Positions 34,569-44,200 are shown, numbered from the stretch's first letter. The stretch is 44,299 nucleotides of DNA from Candidatus Bipolaricaulota bacterium (GCA_021159055.1 JAGGSO010000091.1:1-44299), one strand, 5' to 3'. Notes: a model not told the origin generated them from the sequence alone. Numbers and translations: made by a program.

Positions 34569-35345
34569 ATGCGATCGATGGGGATGAAAGCGGGCTTTGC
34601 CGTCCTCGGTGGAGCCCTGCTCCTGTTCATCCTATGGCCGCTTGCCAGGACGATCTTCTCCACCTCTCCCCGCTCCCTATGGGAGACGATACTCGACCCC
34701 CAGGTGCGGGGCGCGATCGGGCTGACGTTCTATGCCTCGGCGATCGCCACCGCCATCGCGATCCTGACCGGGGTTCCGCTCGCTTATCTCCTCGCCCGCC
34801 ATGACTTCCCGGGCAAGAGCCTGGTCGAAGGGCTGATCGATCTTCCGATCGTCGTTCCCCACACCGCGGTCGGAATCGCGCTTCTCATGGTGTTCGGCCG
34901 TTCAGGGGCGCTGGGGAAGGCGTTCGCGGCGATCGGAGTGCGGTTCGTATCATCGGTCCCCGGGATCGTGATCGCGATGCTGTTCGTCAGCATGCCGTTC
35001 TTGGTGAACGCCGCCCGCGACGGGTTTGCTGCGGTCGACCCGCGGCTGGAGCGGGTGGCGCGCACCCTGGGAGCCGGGCCGTGGACCGCGTTCTGGAAGG
35101 TGGCGCTCCCCCTCTCCCGTCGGAGCATCCTCTCCGGGACGATCCTCATGTGGGCACGGGGCCTGAGCGAGTTCGGGGCGGTCGTGATCCTCGCCTACCA
35201 CCCGATGGTCGCTCCGGTCCTCCTCTACGAGAGGTTCGAGTCGTACGGCCTCAACTACGCCCGGCCGGTGGCGGTGTGGGTGATCCTCTCCTCGCTCGTG
35301 GTGTTCGTCGGGCTGCGGGCTGTAGCGGGAAGGAGGAAGAAATGA
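34569..35345 (+). CDS. wtpB: Tungstate/molybdate ABC transporter permease
   Basis: Six TM segments and the EAA loop LERVARTLGAGPWTAFWKVALP. ATG 34569 lies 2 nt after the wtpA stop. Confidence 0.8.
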   Translation: MRSMGMKAGFAVLGGALLLFILWPLARTIFSTSPRSLWETILDPQVRGAIGLTFYASAIATAIAILTGVPLAYLLARHDFPGKSLVEGLIDLPIVVPHTAVGIALLMVFGRSGALGKAFAAIGVRFVSSVPGIVIAMLFVSMPFLVNAARDGFAAVDPRLERVARTLGAGPWTAFWKVALPLSRRSILSGTILMWARGLSEFGAVVILAYHPMVAPVLLYERFESYGLNYARPVAVWVILSSLVVFVGLRAVAGRRKK

Positions 35346-36400
35346 GGGCCGGAGAGCTGTCGGTACTGGGTCTCGAGGTTAAGGCGGGCGAGTTCAGGCT
35401 CGACGGGATCGATCTCTCCGCCAGCGGCGGTGAGTACCTCGTCATCCTCGGGCCGACCGGAGCGGGGAAGACGATCCTGCTGGAGGCGATCGCCGGGATA
35501 CGGCGGGTGCGGCAAGGGAAGATCATCCTGTCCGGGGAGGACGTGACGCACCTCCCGCCGGAGAAACGGAGCATCGGGTTCGTGTATCAGGACTACGCCC
35601 TGTTTCCACACCTCTCCGCGTTCGGGAACATCGCGTTCGGGCTGCGGCTCCGCCGGGTGAAGAGACCGGAGATCGACCGCCGGGTCAGAGCGATGGCGCG
35701 TCTCATCGGGATCGAAGACCTTCTCCCCCGGGCGATCGCCGGGCTCAGCGGCGGGGAGAAACAGCGCGTCGCCCTCGCCCGCGCCCTGGTCGTCTCCCCA
35801 CGTGCGCTGCTCCTCGACGAACCCCTGTCCGCGCTCGATCCCCAGCACCGCGAGGAGCTGCAGCGGGTGCTCGCCCGGATCCACCGCGAGATCTCTCCGA
35901 CCACCGTGCACGTGACACACGACTTCGAGGAGGCGGTCTCGCTCGGAGATCGGATCGCGGTCATGGAGGGAGGGAGGATCGTACAAGCGGGGACGGTCCA
36001 TGAGATCTTCCGGCGGCCCAATTCGCCGTTCGTCGCCCGGTTCGTGGGAGCGCGCAACGTATTCGCCGGGAAAGTAATCGCGGGAGAAGGTGGGGAAGCG
36101 AGGTTCATCATCGATGGGACAGCCGTTTCCGTCGTAACTGATCTCAGAGGTCCGGTGCACGCCGCGGTCCGGCCGGAGGACATCCTGATCTCGCGTGCCC
36201 CGCTTCAATCGAGCGCGAGAAACTCGTTCCGCGGGCGGATCACCGAGATCGTCGATCGGGGGATGATCTCCTACGTGCGGGTGAATGTGCCGCCGGAATT
36301 CATCTGCGCCGTCACCCGCCAGTCGATCGCTCAAATGGACCTGAACGCCGGGATGGAGGTATACATATCGTTCAAGGCGTCGGCGGTGCACGTCTTCTAA
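35342..36400 (+). CDS. wtpC: Tungstate/molybdate ABC transporter ATP-binding protein with a C-terminal Mop/TOBE domain
   Basis: Walker A GPTGAGKT, signature LSGGEKQRV and Walker B LLDEPLS. C-terminal RNSFRGRITEIVDRG...VHVF. The start overlaps the wtpB stop as ATGA. Confidence 0.8.
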   Translation: MRAGELSVLGLEVKAGEFRLDGIDLSASGGEYLVILGPTGAGKTILLEAIAGIRRVRQGKIILSGEDVTHLPPEKRSIGFVYQDYALFPHLSAFGNIAFGLRLRRVKRPEIDRRVRAMARLIGIEDLLPRAIAGLSGGEKQRVALARALVVSPRALLLDEPLSALDPQHREELQRVLARIHREISPTTVHVTHDFEEAVSLGDRIAVMEGGRIVQAGTVHEIFRRPNSPFVARFVGARNVFAGKVIAGEGGEARFIIDGTAVSVVTDLRGPVHAAVRPEDILISRAPLQSSARNSFRGRITEIVDRGMISYVRVNVPPEFICAVTRQSIAQMDLNAGMEVYISFKASAVHVF

Positions 36401-36406
36401 GGGGGA

Positions 36407-37381
36407 ATGATGGAAAACATCGACCGGTTTGGAAGGAGGATCACCTACCTGCGCATCTCGGTCACCGACCGGTGCAATCTCCGCTGCATCTACTGCATGC
36501 CCGCCTCCGGCGTGCCGTGGCGTCCCCACGCCGAGATCCTGCGGTACGAGGAGATCGTGCGGATCGCGCGTGCCGCCGCTGGCATCGGGATAAGGAAGGT
36601 CCGCCTCACCGGGGGAGAACCGCTCGTGCGGGAGGGGATCGTCGAGCTCGTCCGGGAGCTCCACCGGATCCCGGGAATCGATGAAATTGTGATGACAACG
36701 AACGGGGCGCTCCTTTCCCGCTACGCGGAGGCCCTGGCCGCCGCCGGGCTTGCCCGGGTGAACATCAGCCTCGACTCGCTGCGGGCGGATCGGTTCAGAA
36801 AGATCACCCGCGTGGGAAACCTGGAGGAGACCCTGGCCGGGATCCGCGCGGCGCAGGGGACGGGGCTCTCGCCGGTGAAGTTGAACACGGTGGTAATGCG
36901 CGGGATAAATGACGATGAGATCGCCGACCTGGCGGGAAAATCGTTGGAGGGATTGACCGTGCGGTTCATCGAGTGGATGCCGATCGGGGGCGTGCCCGCC
37001 GGATTCGCCGGCAAGTTCGTCCCCGGGGATGAGATCAAAGCGAGGATCGAGGAGCGGTTCGGCCCGCTCGTAGAGGTGCGCGCCGAGGGCCCGGCGCGCG
37101 TCTATCGAATACCCGGGGCGGCAGGGGAGATCGGTCTGATAACCGCGTTGAGCGCCCCGTTCTGCGATCGGTGCAACCGGATGCGGATCACCGCGGACGG
37201 GAAGCTGCGCCCGTGCCTCCTCTCCCCGGTCGAGATCGATCTCAAGGGACCGCTCCGCGCCGGAGCGGACGAAGAGGAGCTTTCCGCGCTCCTGAAGGAG
37301 GGGATCAAGCGCAAGCCGTATGCCCACGGGATGGTGCGCGACTTTCCCCGCGATCGAGCGATGTCCGAGATCGGAGGTTGA
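36407..37381 (+). CDS. moaA: GTP 3',8-cyclase (radical SAM)
   Basis: [18 protein letters not shown] radical-SAM cluster motif and the C-terminal second-cluster region [20 protein letters not shown]. Confidence 0.92.
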   Translation: MMENIDRFGRRITYLRISVTDRCNLRCIYCMPASGVPWRPHAEILRYEEIVRIARAAAGIGIRKVRLTGGEPLVREGIVELVRELHRIPGIDEIVMTTNGALLSRYAEALAAAGLARVNISLDSLRADRFRKITRVGNLEETLAGIRAAQGTGLSPVKLNTVVMRGINDDEIADLAGKSLEGLTVRFIEWMPIGGVPAGFAGKFVPGDEIKARIEERFGPLVEVRAEGPARVYRIPGAAGEIGLITALSAPFCDRCNRMRITADGKLRPCLLSPVEIDLKGPLRAGADEEELSALLKEGIKRKPYAHGMVRDFPRDRAMSEIGG

Positions 37382-37382
37382 G

Positions 37383-37874
37383 ATGGATGAACGCAGGCTG
37401 ACCCACCTGGACGATGCCGGACGGGTACGGATGGTCGATGTGAGCGGCAAGGGCGACACCGTGCGGGAGGCGGTAGCGCGGGGGAGGATCGAGATGTCCC
37501 CCGCGACCTGTCGGATGATCACGGAAGGAAAGATCGAAAAGGGGAACGTCCTCACCACGGCTCAGCTCGCCGGGATCATGGCAGCGAAGCGAACCGGGGA
37601 GCTGATCCCGCTCTGCCATCCCCTTCCTCTGACCGATGTCGACGTACGGCTTGACGCGCGCCCCGACGCCGGGGTCATCGAGATCGAAGCCCGCGCCAAG
37701 TGCGTGGGCAAGACAGGAGTGGAGATGGAGGCCCTCACCGCGGTTGCGACAGCGGCGCTCACGATCTACGACATGGCGAAGGCGGTCGAGCGGACGATGC
37801 GCATCACCGATATCCGCCTGGTGCGCAAGAGCGGGGGGAAGAGCGGGGAGCTCGTGCTCGAGGAGGAGGGATGA
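37383..37874 (+). CDS. moaC: Cyclic pyranopterin monophosphate synthase
   Basis: [18 protein letters not shown] and IPLCHPLPL motifs. It begins 1 nt after the moaA stop. Confidence 0.92.
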   Translation: MDERRLTHLDDAGRVRMVDVSGKGDTVREAVARGRIEMSPATCRMITEGKIEKGNVLTTAQLAGIMAAKRTGELIPLCHPLPLTDVDVRLDARPDAGVIEIEARAKCVGKTGVEMEALTAVATAALTIYDMAKAVERTMRITDIRLVRKSGGKSGELVLEEEG

Positions 37875-38116
37875 AGGTCACGGTGCTGCTGTTCGCCGCG
37901 TTGCGCGAGGCGGCGGGAACGAGCGAGCTTGATCTCAACCTCGCGGACGGGACCACCATCTCCGGACTGATCTCCCGCCTGGAGCGCGATCATCCGGGGC
38001 TGGCGGCTCACCTCCCCCACGCCAAGCCGGCGGTGAACCGCCGACTCGTTGACGGGGCGAGGATCCTGCACGACGGCGATGAAGTCGCGTTCCTCCCTCC
38101 GGTGGGAGGTGGATGA
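37871..38116 (+). CDS. moaD: Molybdopterin synthase sulfur-carrier subunit
   Basis: 81 aa, ubiquitin-like, ending in FLPPVGGG (C-terminal Gly-Gly). ATGA overlaps at both ends. Confidence 0.88.
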   Translation: MKVTVLLFAALREAAGTSELDLNLADGTTISGLISRLERDHPGLAAHLPHAKPAVNRRLVDGARILHDGDEVAFLPPVGGG

Positions 38117-38535
38117 TGGATGACCATATCAGGATAACGGAGTCCCCGATCGATCCCGATGAGATCGTCTCCCTGCTCACCCACCCCGAAATCGGAGCGG
38201 TGGCGACCTTTGTCGGGGTGGTGCGGGGCGAGGAGAACGGGGAGAGGATCTCGCACCTGGAGTACGAGGCCTACACCGAGATGGCCGAGGAGGCGCTGCG
38301 CGGTATCATAACCGAGGTGAAACACCGGTGGCCGGAGATCCGCCAGGTGGCGATCGTGCACCGGATCGGGAAACTTGCGGTGGGGGAGATCGCGGTGGTG
38401 ATCGGGGTATGCGCCGCTCATCGAAGCGGGGTGTTCTCCGCCCTCGGCTACGCGATCGACCGGCTGAAACAGACAGTCCCCATCTGGAAGAAAGAGGTGG
38501 GAGAAAGGGGAATAAGATGGAAGTCGGAGATGTGA
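38113..38535 (+). CDS. moaE: Molybdopterin synthase catalytic subunit
   Basis: GAVATFVGVVRGE...LEYEAY..MAE...HR.G.L..GE..V.I....HR, with a pattern and length typical of MoaE. Confidence 0.88.
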   Translation: MMDDHIRITESPIDPDEIVSLLTHPEIGAVATFVGVVRGEENGERISHLEYEAYTEMAEEALRGIITEVKHRWPEIRQVAIVHRIGKLAVGEIAVVIGVCAAHRSGVFSALGYAIDRLKQTVPIWKKEVGERGIRWKSEM

Positions 38536-39776
38536 CCGGGATCTACCCGATGCTGAGCGTGGAGGAGGCGCGGGCCCGAATCCTCGCCCGGATTCGCCCG
38601 TTACCGGCGGAGCCCGTCCGAATCACGGACGGGCTCGGGAGGGTGACGGCCGAGGATGTGATTGCTGGGTACGATATTCCACCGCACGCGAACACGGCGA
38701 TGGACGGCTACGCCGTTCGGGCGGCGGATACCATCGGGGCGAGCCCGGATAACCCCGTCCGTCTGCGGGTGATCGCCGATCTTGCCGCCGGTTACGTCGC
38801 GGACAAGGAGGTCGTCCCGGGGACGGCGATCCGGATCATGACCGGCGCCCCGATCCCCACGGGAGCGGACGCGGTCGTCCGGTTCGAACAGACTAAGCAG
38901 GACGGGGATTACGTGGAGATCATGACCGCGGTCCCGGTCGGCAAAGACGTCCGGCCGGCAGGGGAGGACGTGCGGGCCGGGGAGACCGTCATCCCGCGGG
39001 GTACGATCCTCCGCCCACCGGAGATCGGGATGCTCGCCGCGCTCGGGTGCCGGGAGATCGCCGTCACCCGCCGCCCGCGGGTGGGGATCCTCGCCACCGG
39101 GGACGAGCTCGTCGGGATCGACGATTCCCTCACCCCGGGGAAGATCAGGAACGCGAACACCTATTCCAACGCGGCCCAGGTGCAAAGATACGGGGGGATC
39201 CCGGTGATGCTCGGGATCGCCCGCGACCGGGAACGGGAGATCGCGGAGAAGCTGCGGAAGGGCCTCGAACAGGGGGTCGATCTCCTCCTCGTCTCCGGCG
39301 GGGTGTCAGTCGGGGACTTCGACGTGGTGAAGAAGGTCCTCGCCGCCGAGGGGAGGATCGAGTTCTGGCGGGTGCGGATGAAGCCGGGAAAGCCGCTCGC
39401 GTTCGGATACCTGAACTTCAACGGAAGAGAGGTCCCGGTGATTGGGACGCCGGGGAATCCGGTGTCGACGATGGTCTCGTTCGAGATGTTCGCCCGCCCG
39501 GCGATCCTGAGCCTCCTCGGGGCACGCAACCTCGATCCGATTGTGATATGGGCCCGGCTCGCCGATGAGATCCCCCAAAAGGACTCCCGCCGCCACTACG
39601 TGCGGGTGCGGCTCGAAGACCGGGATGGAGAATACGTGGCGCACCTCACCGGGGATCAGGGCTCGGGGATCCTATCGTCGATGGTCAAGGCGGACGGCCT
39701 GGCGGTGATCCCCGAAGACTGGGACCGCGCCGATCAAGGAGCGCGGGTGCGCGTGATCCTGCTCGGGAGCCTGTGA
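38517..39776 (+). CDS. moeA: Molybdopterin molybdenum/tungsten transferase
   Basis: LSVEEARARIL, MDGYAVRA, GADAVV, SGGVSVGDFD and PGNPVS motifs. The start is ATG 38517 (19-nt overlap with moaE) or ATG 38550. Confidence 0.88.
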   Translation: MEVGDVTGIYPMLSVEEARARILARIRPLPAEPVRITDGLGRVTAEDVIAGYDIPPHANTAMDGYAVRAADTIGASPDNPVRLRVIADLAAGYVADKEVVPGTAIRIMTGAPIPTGADAVVRFEQTKQDGDYVEIMTAVPVGKDVRPAGEDVRAGETVIPRGTILRPPEIGMLAALGCREIAVTRRPRVGILATGDELVGIDDSLTPGKIRNANTYSNAAQVQRYGGIPVMLGIARDREREIAEKLRKGLEQGVDLLLVSGGVSVGDFDVVKKVLAAEGRIEFWRVRMKPGKPLAFGYLNFNGREVPVIGTPGNPVSTMVSFEMFARPAILSLLGARNLDPIVIWARLADEIPQKDSRRHYVRVRLEDRDGEYVAHLTGDQGSGILSSMVKADGLAVIPEDWDRADQGARVRVILLGSL

Positions 39777-40282
39777 TGAAGATCAGAGTCGGTATCCTCA
39801 CCGTCAGTGACCGTTCGTTCCGCGGGGAGCGGGCCGATGAGAGCGGGCCGACGATCAAGCGGCTGGTGCTTGAGCAGCTCGACGCCGTGGTGGAGGCCGA
39901 GGGGCTCGTCCCGGACGAGCGGGAAGAGATAGCGGACAAGCTCATCGAGTGGTGCGACGAGAAGAGACTCGATCTGATTCTGACAACCGGCGGGACTGGA
40001 TTCGGACCACGTGACATCACCCCGGAGGCGACCAAGGATGTGATCGAGCGCGAGACGCCGGGGTTCCCCGAGGCGATGCGGATGGAGGGGTTCAGGATAA
40101 CCCCGCACGCGCTCCTCTCCCGCGCCACCGCTGGGATCAGGGGGCGGACGTTGATCATCAACCTGCCCGGGAGTCCGAAGGCGGTGGCGGAGGGATTGGA
40201 GGTCATCCTTCCCGCCCTTCCCCACGCGGTCGAGACCGTACGCGGCGGCGGCTCCGACCATCGCTTCCACCCGCATACTTGA
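39776..40282 (+). CDS. mog: Molybdopterin adenylyltransferase (MogA/MoaB family)
   Basis: VGILTVSDR, TTGGTGFGPRD and INLPGSP motifs. The start is ATG 39776 or GTG 39773 (GTGA overlap with moeA). Confidence 0.85.
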   Translation: MKIRVGILTVSDRSFRGERADESGPTIKRLVLEQLDAVVEAEGLVPDEREEIADKLIEWCDEKRLDLILTTGGTGFGPRDITPEATKDVIERETPGFPEAMRMEGFRITPHALLSRATAGIRGRTLIINLPGSPKAVAEGLEVILPALPHAVETVRGGGSDHRFHPHT

Positions 40283-40307
40283 CAATTCGATCCGCCGCTG
40301 CTACAGT
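40279..40307 (+). promoter_or_regulatory. Near-consensus sigma70 promoter downstream of mog
   Basis: TTGACA (40279-40284, containing the mog TGA stop) - 17 nt - TACAGT (40302-40307). Confidence 0.6.
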
Positions 40308-40338
40308 AGGGGCATCTCAAATTGTGGAGGTGGTCGTC

Positions 40339-40440
40339 ATGCAGACGATCTCGTGCAGTAGAGGAACCGGCTTCACCCGTATCATCCTTTCCGTCCACTT
40401 CCACGCCCATCACGCCCCGGTCCGGGGCCATCTAAGCTAA
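40339..40440 (+). CDS. Candidate 33-aa His-rich leader peptide (MQTISCSRGTGFTRIILSVHFHAHHAPVRGHLS)
   Basis: Absent from the ORF track because it is under 60 aa. SD GGAGGTGG lies 6 nt before ATG 40339 and about 25 nt downstream of the predicted TSS. Four of six consecutive codons are His (HFHAHH). Confidence 0.4.
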   Translation: MQTISCSRGTGFTRIILSVHFHAHHAPVRGHLS

Positions 40441-40526
40441 ACCCATTTCAGACTTTTCTTTCTTGCGCTGTCTCGGTCCGATTGGATCGTAGGCAAAACT
40501 ATAACTTAATAACTTAGGAGGTTAGT

Positions 40527-41300
40527 ATGCTTATTCAGCGCTTTGTGCTGGTTGCGGTATTGGTGATGGGCGTATGCGTAGCGGGATTCGGCGGGGACAA
40601 GCCGGTGTACGTTGACGGAATCGACGCGGCGTTTCCCCCGTTCTCGTACATCGATAAGAACGGGAACCCGACCGGGTTCGACGTGGAGGCCATCCAATGG
40701 ATCGCCAACGAGATGGGGTTCGAGGTGAAGATCGTGCCGGTCGATTGGGACGCGATCATCCCGACGCTGAAGGCAGGGAACATCGACCTGATCGCCTCCG
40801 GGATGACGATCACCCCGGAGAGGCAAAAGCAGGTCGATTTCACCGACCCATACTGGCGGATCAACCTCGCGGTCGTGGTGCGAGAGGTAAAAGGGGATGA
40901 TGGCGCTCTCGTCCCCCAGTACAACATCTTCTCCGCCGTCGCCCCCGGGCGGACGATCGGGGTGCAGCGCGGGACCACGTCGCAGGACTGGCTGACCGAG
41001 AACCTGATCGACGCCGGGGTCGGCATCAAGCTCAAGCTGTACGACAACTTCCTCCTCGCGTTGGAGGATCTCCTCATCGGTCGGATCGACGCTGTGGTGA
41101 TGGACGAGCCGACGGCGCGGTCCGCGATCGCCGGGAAGAGAGCCGCGGTAGTGGGGACGATCGAGACCGGCGAGATCTACGGCTACGCCGTGCGGAAGGG
41201 GGACACGAAGCTCCTCTCCCTCCTGAACGAGGGACTGCGCCGGCTCAAGGCGTCCCCGGAGTGGGACAAGTTGGTGCAGAAGTGGTTGATCGGCGGGTGA
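40527..41300 (+). CDS. Polar amino acid ABC transporter substrate-binding protein (SBP family 3, HisJ/GlnH-like)
   Basis: Signal peptide followed by FPPFSY, GFDVEAIQWIANEMG, DLIASGMTITPERQKQVDFTDPY and DAVVMDEP motifs. SD AGGAGG lies 5 nt upstream. Confidence 0.85.
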   Translation: MLIQRFVLVAVLVMGVCVAGFGGDKPVYVDGIDAAFPPFSYIDKNGNPTGFDVEAIQWIANEMGFEVKIVPVDWDAIIPTLKAGNIDLIASGMTITPERQKQVDFTDPYWRINLAVVVREVKGDDGALVPQYNIFSAVAPGRTIGVQRGTTSQDWLTENLIDAGVGIKLKLYDNFLLALEDLLIGRIDAVVMDEPTARSAIAGKRAAVVGTIETGEIYGYAVRKGDTKLLSLLNEGLRRLKASPEWDKLVQKWLIGG

Positions 41301-41349
41301 TCCGCCTGCGGGCGGGAGGGAGGAGATTCCTCCCCCCGCCCACTTCACG

Positions 41350-42042
41350 ATGGATCTCAATATCCTGCAACTGATCCGTGACTCCCTCCCTGCCCTCCTG
41401 CGCGGGGCGCGGGTGACGGCGGAACTGGTCGGAGCCTGCCTCGGGATCGGGTTTGGGATCGGCGTTCCCCTCGCGCTCCTTCACGTCTACGGCCCACGCT
41501 GGTCCCGCCCGGTGCTCGCGGTCTACGATCGGGTCTTCCGCGGGTTTCCGGCGTTGGTCCTCCTCTTCCTCTTCTACTTCGGGATCGGGAGCTTCCCTGG
41601 TGTTCACCTCTCCCCCACCCTCGCCGTCCTCCTCGCGCTTGGGCTGCGGAGCGGCGCCTACCAATCCCAGATCTATCGTGGCAGTCTGCTTGCGGTGGCA
41701 CGGGGGCAGGTGGAGGCAGCACGGGCCATCGGACTCACTGGAGGACAGGCGGTGCGCTACATCGTCATCCCCCAAGCGGCCTACTTCTCCCTTCCCGGTC
41801 TTGCCAACGAGTACTCGATCCTGCTCAAGGACACCGCCTTGGCGTTTGTTGTAGGGGTGGTGGAGCTCTTCACCCAGGGGAAGTTCATCGCCGTGCGCAC
41901 CTACGCCGTCCTCCCGATCTACGGGACGGTGGGAGCGATCTACCTCTTTCTCACCTACGGCGGGATCCTCGTCTTCCGCGGGGCGGAACGGGCGATCCGC
42001 ATCCCGGGGATGAGTGGAGCACGCCGCAGGAGGCCGGAGTGA
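41350..42042 (+). CDS. Polar amino acid ABC transporter permease (HisQ/GlnP-like)
   Basis: Five TM segments and the EAA loop QVEAARAIGLTGGQAVRYIVIPQA. Confidence 0.85.
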   Translation: MDLNILQLIRDSLPALLRGARVTAELVGACLGIGFGIGVPLALLHVYGPRWSRPVLAVYDRVFRGFPALVLLFLFYFGIGSFPGVHLSPTLAVLLALGLRSGAYQSQIYRGSLLAVARGQVEAARAIGLTGGQAVRYIVIPQAAYFSLPGLANEYSILLKDTALAFVVGVVELFTQGKFIAVRTYAVLPIYGTVGAIYLFLTYGGILVFRGAERAIRIPGMSGARRRRPE

Positions 42043-42686
42043 ACGAAATCGTGCGCTTCTTCCCCCAGCTCCTCTCCGGGCTGGGGGTCACCATGGAGCT
42101 GGTCGTCACCGCCGCTCCGGCCGGGTTCTTGATCGGAATCTGCGTCGCCTTGGCGGAAGTCTACGGCGGCCCGTTGCTCGCCCCGTTTGCCTACACTTAC
42201 CAGATACTCTTCCGCGGGACGCCCCTCCTGCTGCAGCTGTTTGTCATCTATTACGGGCTGCCCCATGCGGGGATCGTCCTCTCTCCGCTCGCGGCCGCGA
42301 TCGCCGGGTTCAGCCTGTGCAGCGGTGCGTATCACTCCGAGTACATGCGCGGGGCGCTCTTGTCCATCCCGCACGGGCAGTGGGAGGCGGCACGCGCGCT
42401 CGGGATGGGACGGCTCAAGACGATCGCGTTCGTCATCATCCCCCAGATGGTGCGCCGCGCCCTCCCCGGCTCGACGAACGAGTTCATCTACCTGATCAAG
42501 TACTCCTCCCTCGCCTACCTCGTCACGGTGATCGAGCTCACCGGGGAGGGGAGGTTGATCGCCTACAAGACGTTCCGGTTCTTCGACGCGTTCCTGGTCG
42601 TGGGGCTGATCTACCTCGGGCTCGTCTCGCTCGCAGCGCGCGGGCTGGAGGCGATTGAGCACAAGCTGGAGATTCCCTCTGCCTGA
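42039..42686 (+). CDS. Polar amino acid ABC transporter permease (HisM/GlnP-like)
   Basis: EAA loop QWEAARALGMGRLKTIAFVIIPQM. The start overlaps the previous stop by 4 nt. Confidence 0.85.
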   Translation: MNEIVRFFPQLLSGLGVTMELVVTAAPAGFLIGICVALAEVYGGPLLAPFAYTYQILFRGTPLLLQLFVIYYGLPHAGIVLSPLAAAIAGFSLCSGAYHSEYMRGALLSIPHGQWEAARALGMGRLKTIAFVIIPQMVRRALPGSTNEFIYLIKYSSLAYLVTVIELTGEGRLIAYKTFRFFDAFLVVGLIYLGLVSLAARGLEAIEHKLEIPSA

Positions 42687-42693
42687 ACGGAAC

Positions 42694-42717
42694 GGCCGGG
42701 TGGAGACCCACCCGGCC
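42694..42717. terminator. GC-rich hairpin between the convergent permease and trpB2 genes
   Basis: Perfect 10-bp stem GGCCGGGTGG / CCACCCGGCC with loop AGAC. No clear U-tract on either strand. Confidence 0.5.
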
Positions 42718-42725
42718 GCGGAAAG

Positions 42726-44027
42726 TCAGCTCGTGCGCACCAATCGACCAGCGAGATAGGCGGTGTATGCCGCCATGTCGAAGTGGCCGTGACCGGAGAA
42801 GCCGATCAGGATCACCCGTTTCTCGTCGCGGCGGGCCGCATCGCGGGCGAGCTCCATCGCCGCGTGCACCGCGTGCGCCGTCTCCGGGGCGGGGATGATC
42901 CCCTCGAGCCGCGCAAACGTGACCGCGTCGCTGAACACGTCCACCTGGTCGTACGCCACCGGACGGATGAGCCCGTCCTCCACCAACCGGGTGATGATCG
43001 GGGCCATCCCGTGGTAGCGGAGCCCGCCGGCGTGGATCGGAGGCGGGACGAACTCATGCCCGAGGGTGTGCATCCGCAGCATGGGCGTCATCTTGGCGGT
43101 GTCGCCGTAATCGTAGCGAACCTCCCCCTTGGTGATCGTCGGGCAGGCGGTCGGCTCGACGGCGACGAACTCCACCTTTCGCCCACGTTTTTGAGAATCG
43201 TACAGGAAGGGAAGCATCAATCCGCCGAAGTTCGATCCTCCGCCGACGCAGCCGACGACTGCATCCGGATATTCGCCGGCCTGTTCCATCTGGGCGAGCG
43301 CCTCCTGCCCGATCACCGTCTGGTGAAGGAGCACGTGGTTGAGGACGCTCCCGAGCGAGTACTTCGCCCCGGTCGCCATCGCCTCCTCGATCGCCTCGGA
43401 GATCGCGATCCCGAGCGAGCCTGGGGAATCCGGATCCTTCTCCAGCACCGCTCGTCCGGCGTTCGTTCGGTCGGACGGGGACGGGACGATCTGACCACCG
43501 TAGGTCTCGATCATCGCCTTCCGGTACGGCTTCTGATCGTAGGAGATCCTGACCATGAACACGGTCAGATCGATCCCGAGTGCCTGGCAGGCGAACGCCA
43601 GGGCGCTCCCCCATTGCCCGGCCCCGGTCTCGGTGGTGAGGCGCTTCGTCCCCTCGACCTTGTTGTAGTACGCCTGGGCGACCGCGGTGTTCGTCTTGTG
43701 GGAGCCGGTCGGACTCGCTCCCTCGTACTTGTAGTAGATGTGAGCCGGGGTGGCGAGTGCCCGCTCCAGGTTCAGCGCCCGATAGACCGGGGTCGGCCGC
43801 CACAGCCGGTAGATCTCCTGCACCTCAGCCGGGATGTCGATGAACCGATCGGTCGCTACCTCCTGCTCCACGCACGTCTTGGCAAAGAGCGCGGTGAGCG
43901 CCTCGGGCGAGAGCGGCTCCTGGGTCCGCGGGTCGAGCGGCGGATCGAGCGGCCGGTCGAGGTCGGCAAGCACATTATACCATCTGGTAGGAAGCTCATG
44001 TTGGTCTAAATTAAATATTCTCTGCAT
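42726..44027 (-). CDS. trpB: Tryptophan synthase beta chain, TrpB2 (stand-alone) type
   Basis: TrpB2-type N-terminus ([12 protein letters not shown]...PPLDP), PLP lysine region [15 protein letters not shown], and 433 aa. No trpA is adjacent. Confidence 0.88.
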   Translation of the reverse strand: MQRIFNLDQHELPTRWYNVLADLDRPLDPPLDPRTQEPLSPEALTALFAKTCVEQEVATDRFIDIPAEVQEIYRLWRPTPVYRALNLERALATPAHIYYKYEGASPTGSHKTNTAVAQAYYNKVEGTKRLTTETGAGQWGSALAFACQALGIDLTVFMVRISYDQKPYRKAMIETYGGQIVPSPSDRTNAGRAVLEKDPDSPGSLGIAISEAIEEAMATGAKYSLGSVLNHVLLHQTVIGQEALAQMEQAGEYPDAVVGCVGGGSNFGGLMLPFLYDSQKRGRKVEFVAVEPTACPTITKGEVRYDYGDTAKMTPMLRMHTLGHEFVPPPIHAGGLRYHGMAPIITRLVEDGLIRPVAYDQVDVFSDAVTFARLEGIIPAPETAHAVHAAMELARDAARRDEKRVILIGFSGHGHFDMAAYTAYLAGRLVRTS

Positions 44028-44085
44028 AGTGACGTCTCCTTTCTCATTCAGGATTGAATTTGATCTGATGAACCGCGAAAAGGAA

Positions 44086-44163
44086 TCAGCGACGCCACCA
44101 GGGCTCGAACGGAGGGACGAAGAGGCAGGTCAGGCAGATGGAAGGATCAGTGTCCCCAAACAC
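44086..44163 (-). CDS. Candidate 25-aa Trp leader peptide ([25 protein letters not shown])
   Basis: Absent from the ORF track. GTG 44163 lies 2 nt after AAGGAG. Tandem UGG UGG (44100-44095) sits three codons before the TGA. An anti-SD UUCCUUUU abuts the stop codon. Confidence 0.4.
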   Translation of the reverse strand: MFGDTDPSICLTCLFVPPFEPWWRR

Positions 44164-44200
44164 AGCTCCTTAACTGCAATGTATACGCCATAGCGACATA

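Noticed and set aside
35255-37558. 767-aa ORF on the minus strand spanning wtpC and moaA
   Set aside because: It is antisense to two genes with unmistakable family motifs. Its translation is R/P/G/D-rich and low in complexity with no recognisable motif, the typical stop-poor antisense frame of high-GC DNA.
44089-44106. T-box riboswitch in the trpB2 leader (CCCUGGUGGCGUCGC resembles GGGUGGNACCGCG)
   Set aside because: Only the GGUGG core matches. The ACCGCG half is absent, and no Stem I, specifier loop, AG-bulge or terminator can be found in a leader of only ~165 nt. The UGGUGG is better explained as tandem Trp codons.
44147-44191. Alternative small [17 protein letters not shown] in the trpB2 leader
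   Set aside because: It has a single Trp codon and no SD. It would require a near-leaderless transcript whose 5' end I cannot verify. It is kept only as an alternative within the leader-peptide finding.
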